Shown here: piece after piece, positions 34,618 through 39,617 of the stretch
Layout: the number at the start of each line of letters is the position of its first letter
Position numbering within the stretch: the stretch's first letter is position 1
DNA from: a virus
Lineage: Duplodnaviria > Heunggongvirae > Uroviricota > Caudoviricetes
Reading direction: 5' to 3' (one strand)
IMG/VR virus record: IMGVR_UViG_2703718858_000001
Span: 1 to 39,617 of that record
DNA length: 39,617 nt
Notes under the pieces: generated by a model
Database searches by the model: none
Told to the model about the DNA's origin: nothing
Seen by the model: the letters and a program-made list of their open reading frames with translations, nothing else
Position numbers and translations under genes: made by a program

Positions 34618-34635
34618 AGACCGAGGTAACAAGTT

Positions 34636-34788
34636 ATGCAGTGGAAAATCATCAACGGTTGGTACTGCGTTACTGCATGCGGATTCATGAGCTGGAAGTT
34701 CCGCACCTTACAGGAAGGCATTAAGTGGGCTTTCGTCAGCAAAGAAGCTCGCGATGTGGCCAACGATAACGAGATATGGGAGGGCTGA
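34636..34788 (+). CDS. Small Trp/Cys-rich protein (50 aa), first gene of leftward operon
   Basis: Not in ORF track; GAGGT SD 8 nt upstream; stop overlaps SD of next gene. Confidence 0.4.
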   Translation: MQWKIINGWYCVTACGFMSWKFRTLQEGIKWAFVSKEARDVANDNEIWEG

Positions 34789-34790
34789 TA

Positions 34791-35090
34791 ATGAACGTTA
34801 ATCAGCAGAAAAATCTTCAAAAAATCATGCTGGCATTCGACAAGGACTACCGCCTGTCAGAACAGCTATATGACCGACAAGTTGAACTGATTGAGAGTAT
34901 CCGGCTTCATCAACTGGCCTCAACTTTCGACGTTGTAACAGGCAAAGGCGTTCGCCAGGAAGTGCTGGAGGCTGCTAAAGACAGCCCTGAGTTCGAAGAA
35001 CTGATGGATGCCTATCGGCGAGAGGCAATGGCAATTATCGCCCGCTGGGATCTGGCGGATCAGCTTGATGGACAGAGGGACGCGGCATGA
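34791..35090 (+). CDS. Hypothetical early protein
   Basis: ATG 34791 with GGGAGGG SD; ATGA-coupled to exonuclease. Confidence 0.5.
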   Translation: MNVNQQKNLQKIMLAFDKDYRLSEQLYDRQVELIESIRLHQLASTFDVVTGKGVRQEVLEAAKDSPEFEELMDAYRREAMAIIARWDLADQLDGQRDAA

Positions 35091-35908
35091 AACCGGGAAT
35101 TTATTTCGACATCAGCAACGAAGACTACCACGCCGGTGACGGCGTGAGTAAGTCGCAACTGGACATGGTTGCCAAGAATCCGGCGCTTCTTAAATGGGTC
35201 CAGGCAGCACCAGAAGACGAAGAGAAAAAGTCTGCACTGGATATTGGAACCGCATTGCACTGTCTGCTTCTGGAGCCTGGAGAATTCGACAAACGCTTCA
35301 TTGTTTCACCGAAGTTCGATCGTCGGACGAAACAAGGTAAAGCTGACGAAGAAGCATTTCTTCGTGATGTAGCGGATATGGGGATTACGGTACTTGATGC
35401 CGAGCAGTGGCGGAAACTGGAGCTGATGCGTGATAGCGCAATGGCTCACCCGGCGGCACGCTGGGTGCTGGAAGCACCTGGTTACTGCGAAGCATCAATG
35501 TACTGGAATGATGAAGAGACTGGTGAGTTGTGCCGCATTCGTCCAGACAAATGGCTGAACGAGCACAACGTGATCGTCGACGTGAAAAAGGTTGCAGATA
35601 TGGACCGTTTTGCACGCCACATCGAGGAATTCCGCTACCACGTGCAGGACGCAATGTACCGCGAAGGTGCAATGAGGGTTACTGGTCAGCCGCATGGTTT
35701 TTTCTTTCTTGCCGTGAGCGAAAGCATTGATTGTGGTCGGTATCCGGTACGCGTGTTCGAGCTGGATGCGCCGGATGTCGATGCCGGGCACGCTCTGTTC
35801 CGCCGGGATCTGAATACCTATCACGAATGCCGCATCAACGATGAGTGGGGCGGAGTGGAAATTATTAAACGCCCTGACTGGGCACGTAAACAGGATATAT
35901 ACGTATGA
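35087..35908 (+). CDS. PD-(D/E)XK exonuclease (RecE/exodeoxyribonuclease VIII-like)
   Basis: MKPGIYFDISNEDYHAG N-terminus, RPD...IVDVKK motif; coupled to RecT. Confidence 0.75.
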   Translation: MKPGIYFDISNEDYHAGDGVSKSQLDMVAKNPALLKWVQAAPEDEEKKSALDIGTALHCLLLEPGEFDKRFIVSPKFDRRTKQGKADEEAFLRDVADMGITVLDAEQWRKLELMRDSAMAHPAARWVLEAPGYCEASMYWNDEETGELCRIRPDKWLNEHNVIVDVKKVADMDRFARHIEEFRYHVQDAMYREGAMRVTGQPHGFFFLAVSESIDCGRYPVRVFELDAPDVDAGHALFRRDLNTYHECRINDEWGGVEIIKRPDWARKQDIYV

Positions 35909-36822
35909 GCAACGAAATTGCAATCACCAATGATGTGTTGGCTATTCGGGGAATCGATGAAGTTACATGGAGCGCTCTGAAAAACAGTATTTACCCTGGG
36001 GCAAAAGATGAATCGGTAATGATGGCAGTCGATTACTGCCGGGCGCGTCAACTCGATCCTCTTCTTAAGCCGGTACACCTGGTACCAATGAGTGTTAAAG
36101 ACTCGAAGAGTGGAAAGAATGAATGGCGCGACGTGGTCATGCCTGGCATTGGACTTTATCGCATTCAGGCCTACCGTTCCGGCGATTACGCAGGCGCTAA
36201 TGAACCTGAGTTCGGTCCAGATGTAACACAAACGCTTTCAGGCGTGGAGGTTACCTTCCCTCAGTGGTGTAAGTACACCGTCAGCAAGCGAATGGCAAGC
36301 GGGGAAATCGTAGAGTTTAGCGCCAAAGAATACTGGATTGAGAACTATGCAACTGGGGGGCGTGACACATCGGCACCAAATGCCATGTGGAAAAAGCGCC
36401 CTTATGCGCAGTTGGCAAAATGCGCAGAGGCACAGGCATTACGTAAAGCATGGCCGGAGATTGGTCAACAAGCCACAGCTGAGGAAATGGAAGGTAAATA
36501 TATCGACTCACCTGACATTATTGAACGTGACGTAACTCCAAGAAGTCAGGCAAAGCACGGCACAGCATCCAGCATGAACAGTCTGATCAACGCTAAACCA
36601 GCGAAAAAGCCTGATGAGCAAACGCGTAAATCGGACAGCCGTGATCCAGAAGAAATGCTGATGGCCTTTACCAGCGCAGCGATGAACTACAGCACTGTCT
36701 CCGAACTGGATAAGGCTTACAAATACATTGCACAAAAACTTTCAGATGATGACGAACTGCTGGCAAAAGCCACCGACGTTTACAGCGTTCGTCGGGAAGA
36801 ATTAAACGAAACATCTATGTAA
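35905..36822 (+). CDS. recT: RecT-family single-strand annealing recombinase
   Basis: 305 aa directly after exonuclease with ATGA overlap. Confidence 0.75.
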   Translation: MSNEIAITNDVLAIRGIDEVTWSALKNSIYPGAKDESVMMAVDYCRARQLDPLLKPVHLVPMSVKDSKSGKNEWRDVVMPGIGLYRIQAYRSGDYAGANEPEFGPDVTQTLSGVEVTFPQWCKYTVSKRMASGEIVEFSAKEYWIENYATGGRDTSAPNAMWKKRPYAQLAKCAEAQALRKAWPEIGQQATAEEMEGKYIDSPDIIERDVTPRSQAKHGTASSMNSLINAKPAKKPDEQTRKSDSRDPEEMLMAFTSAAMNYSTVSELDKAYKYIAQKLSDDDELLAKATDVYSVRREELNETSM

Positions 36823-36871
36823 CCACCACCGCGGCGCCACACGCGCCGCACTGCAACCAAGAGAGGTATTT

Positions 36872-37120
36872 ATGAAAGGTGCATTAGGTAAGAAGGAACT
36901 CCTGGCGGTGGTTCCACTGTCATGGAGCACTATCGACCGTATGGAGCGCGCAGGGGAATTTCCTAAACGCTGGTATATCACCGATAAACGCTGCGCATGG
37001 AACCGTGATGAAGTTGAGCGTTGGCTTGATGAACGTCAGGCAGCAAGCCCGGCAGAGTTCCAGGGTAAAAAACCTCCTGTTCAGCAACGTGTATATCGTC
37101 CCGTGAGCAACGCGGCATGA
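36872..37120 (+). CDS. AlpA-family HTH regulator/excisionase-like
   Basis: LSWSTIDRMERAGEFPKRWYITDKRCAWNRDEVERWL pattern; AGAGAGG SD. Confidence 0.7.
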   Translation: MKGALGKKELLAVVPLSWSTIDRMERAGEFPKRWYITDKRCAWNRDEVERWLDERQAASPAEFQGKKPPVQQRVYRPVSNAA

Positions 37121-37145
37121 GTGTGCTGCTAAGGCACTGGAGCAA

Positions 37146-37229
37146 ATGGTCAGGATGGTACTTATTCCTGGCCTCTGTTTCAGCATGGCTTTATCTGCTG
37201 GCATTAATTTTCAGAGAGGGTTGGATTAA
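37146..37229 (+). CDS. 27-codon hydrophobic peptide
   Basis: MVRMVLIPGLCFSMALSAGINFQRGLD; stop abuts GTG of next gene; weak SD. Confidence 0.2.
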   Translation: MVRMVLIPGLCFSMALSAGINFQRGLD

Positions 37230-37529
37230 GTGAGAAAGTTAAGCCGACTTGAAAAATATCACATGAACAAGGTTTCAATGCGCAGCCCTTCAAAGATTGT
37301 CGCCGTTACTCCTGCGGCGATAGAGATCGAAAAACGCGCGATTGAAAGAGAGAAAAAAGGGCAATTCCGCATTGCCGCTCACCTTTGGCTTCAGTGTATG
37401 GATGTTGCTTCTGGTGATGTTGAGCGTGCAAGGATCGCGGTTCGCAGGGACCAATGTATCACAAAAGGTAACGGCCTTCGCCGTGGCGACTATAGCGGCA
37501 TAGGATGTTGCGGGGTGGTTTATGACTAA
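37230..37529 (+). CDS. Hypothetical protein
   Basis: GTG start with GAGAGGG SD; overlaps methyltransferase start. Confidence 0.45.
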   Translation: MRKLSRLEKYHMNKVSMRSPSKIVAVTPAAIEIEKRAIEREKKGQFRIAAHLWLQCMDVASGDVERARIAVRRDQCITKGNGLRRGDYSGIGCCGVVYD

Positions 37530-38172
37530 GAAATACACGCTAATCTATGCAGATCCACCCTGGGTATACCGGGACAAAGCCGCAGATGGTAATCGCGGTG
37601 CCGGTTTTAAATATCCGGTTATGAGTGTGCTGGATATCTGCCGCCTTCCTGTGTGGGATTTGGCCGATGAAAACTGTCTGTTGGCCATGTGGTGGGTGCC
37701 AACACAACCACTCGAAGCACTAAAAGTTGTTGAAGCCTAGGGATTCCGTCTGATGACCATGAAGGGTTTCACGTGGATAAAATGTGGTAGTCGACAACCA
37801 GATAAACTGGTTATGGGTATGGGACACATGACTCGCGCCAATAGTGAAGATTGCCTGTTTGCGGTAAAGGGAAAACTACCTCCGCGCATTAATGCAGGGA
37901 TCGTTCAGTCATTTACCGCACCGCGGCTTGAGCATTCAAGAAAACCAGATGTCGTTCGTGAAAAACTTGTGCAATTGTTAGGCGATGTTTCTCGCATTGA
38001 ACTGTTCGCCCGCCAGTCGTCTCATGGTTTCGATGTTTGGGGTAATCAGTGCGAAGACCCGGCAGTGCAACTACATCCTGGATACGCGTTGGATATTGGC
38101 GGATTAACAAATGCATTCAGCAATGCTCCGCTGTCACCAACAGACAACCAGGGGCAGGAGCGTGCAGCATGA
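37522..38172 (+). pseudogene. MT-A70-family N6-adenine DNA methyltransferase with in-frame amber (TAG 37738-37740)
   Basis: N-terminus ...YADPPW...; ORFs 37522-37740 and 37753-38172 are in one frame; the TAG sits in ...LKVVEA*GF..., where I expect W from recalled homologues (AWGF). Confidence 0.7.
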
Positions 38173-38363
38173 ACAGGGCATCACCAGCAGATTTAAGGAA
38201 ATGCCTTGAAACTGCAAACATGCTTGCACACAGCGGGATCAGGTTTGTTCCAATTCCCGCTGTCACTGATGCTGAATTTGCAACACTGTCAGCAATATTC
38301 GCAGATAAAATTGAATCACTGGCAGCAGAAGCCGAGATGGAAGAAAATCAGCAGAATAATTAA
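38169..38363 (+). CDS. Small hypothetical protein
   Basis: ATG 38169 with CAGGAG SD, ATGA overlap with methyltransferase stop. Confidence 0.45.
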   Translation: MNRASPADLRKCLETANMLAHSGIRFVPIPAVTDAEFATLSAIFADKIESLAAEAEMEENQQNN

Positions 38364-38366
38364 ACG

Positions 38367-39617
38367 TTATTCCCCCGCCATCCACTTCTCAAACTTCGAC
38401 GGGGAGAACGGAATCAGATCCGTATGCTCCCCGTTAATCCAGGAATCAATCATATCGGCCCACTGCTGCAACATGTAGGCGCGCTGTCTGGCGTATTCCG
38501 CTTTGTTATATACGGCGCGCACACCTTTCTGCTCATGTGCCAGAGCCTTTTCAATCCAGTCTGAAGGATAACCAGCCTCATGCAACAACGTACTGGCTGT
38601 ACGGCGCATATCGTGTACGGTGAAGCCCTGAATATGCTCACCATCTTCATTTATTATTTTCACCGTTCTGTCGATCAGAGAGTTCAGCGCGGCATTAGAT
38701 AATGGCTTCCGGAAATTGTAACGACCAGGAACCAGATATTCACTTCCACCAGCGCACATCTGCAACCCGACCAATATATCCTGAGCCTGTTTAGGCAGGT
38801 AAATAACGTGCGCCCGGCTTCCCTTCATGCGGTCTGAAGGAATTGTCCATGTCCATTTTTTAAAATCTATTTCATCCCACGTTGCGTTGGTGAATTCGCC
38901 TTTACGAACCATAGTGATAAGCACCAGCTTTAAAGCCATTTTCATAGTGCCCATAGCACCAATGGCATCCAGCGTGCGGAAGAACAGGCCAATTTCTTCT
39001 GGTGTCAGTGTTCGCTCTCGTGGTTTAAATATGGCGATAGACGAAGGTTTAATGTCAGCCGCAGGATTAAACAAACCATGACCACGGTCATTGGCGTGAC
39101 GGTATACGCTGCTGATGATCTCCCTGGCCTGTACTGCTGTTGCCCGACCACCACGTTCGACAATCCGGTCACACAAATCACGAACCATCGATGTGGTAAT
39201 TTCAGCCATCATTTTGTTGCCAAGAACCGGAAGTATGTCACGGTCGATCACCGCCTGCTTCATTGCTCGGGTACTGTCAGCCAGGATGACGTGTTTCATA
39301 TAACTGTCGGTATGTACCGCAAACGTCTCGGCACCACGAATCTTTTTGATACCGTCACGTTTAGCCGCAGCCGGCGACTGGCCTGCTTTAAGCAGCTTCT
39401 TTGCAGCAATCAGTTCTTCTCGCGCTTCTGCTAGACTGATACCGTCACGCCCATACTGCCCGATTACCAGTGTTTCGCGGCGACCGTTGATACGGTAGTC
39501 ATAGCGAAACGAGACCGTGCCTGACGTAAGCACAGCTACATACAGCCCGTCACGATCGGAGACCTTGTACAGTTTGTCCTGCGGCTTGAGGTTTTTTAAT
39601 TTTGTATCGGTAAGCAC
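38367..39617 (-). CDS. int: Tyrosine integrase, partial (runs off window edge)
   Basis: N-terminus (V/M)LTDTKLKNLKP..., HDMRRT box and C-terminal Tyr region; first codon at 39617 is GTG, true start likely just beyond window. Confidence 0.85.
   Translation of the reverse strand: MLTDTKLKNLKPQDKLYKVSDRDGLYVAVLTSGTVSFRYDYRINGRRETLVIGQYGRDGISLAEAREELIAAKKLLKAGQSPAAAKRDGIKKIRGAETFAVHTDSYMKHVILADSTRAMKQAVIDRDILPVLGNKMMAEITTSMVRDLCDRIVERGGRATAVQAREIISSVYRHANDRGHGLFNPAADIKPSSIAIFKPRERTLTPEEIGLFFRTLDAIGAMGTMKMALKLVLITMVRKGEFTNATWDEIDFKKWTWTIPSDRMKGSRAHVIYLPKQAQDILVGLQMCAGGSEYLVPGRYNFRKPLSNAALNSLIDRTVKIINEDGEHIQGFTVHDMRRTASTLLHEAGYPSDWIEKALAHEQKGVRAVYNKAEYARQRAYMLQQWADMIDSWINGEHTDLIPFSPSKFEKWMAGE

Noticed and set aside
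34602-34820. 72-aa minus-strand ORF in the OL/PL region
   Set aside because: It is antisense to the operator/promoter region and to two well-supported plus-strand genes with good RBSs.

Overview
The window is almost entirely one temperate prophage (about 1.2-39.6 kb, running off the right edge) plus two host-like envelope genes at the left (1-1071). On the minus strand, right to left, sit: a tyrosine integrase (38367-39617, N-terminus at the window edge), a lambda-like rightward early operon (cro-like, tR1-like terminator, O-like initiator with internal iterons, lambda P-like loader, DUF1064, Ea22-like, frameshifted DUF551), small and large terminase, then a T7-like podovirus structural module (portal, scaffold, capsid, gp11/gp12-like tail tube, internal virion proteins), a cargo island, a T7 gp17-like tailspike and a lysis cassette. 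The plus strand carries a tandem-HTH repressor without a LexA-like autocleavage domain (33898-34482), a leftward operon with RecE-like exonuclease/RecT, AlpA and an MT-A70 methyltransferase, and a phage tRNA-Arg(UCU) (25579-25655). The most interesting signals are: a near-consensus LexA box immediately upstream of a small protein that is a paralog of the C-terminal domain of a Bro-N antirepressor; a 17-bp palindromic operator family (ATTACC-N5-GGTAAT) dispersed at promoters across the genome, not only at OL/OR; a structured leader upstream of the antirepressor with repeated SD/anti-SD octamers; a low-GC cargo gene preceded by a 10-codon leader ORF and an intrinsic terminator; and three independent lesions in accessory genes (opal in Rz, amber at a conserved Trp in the methyltransferase, frameshift in DUF551). 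All family assignments are from reading the translations by eye; no database search was run.
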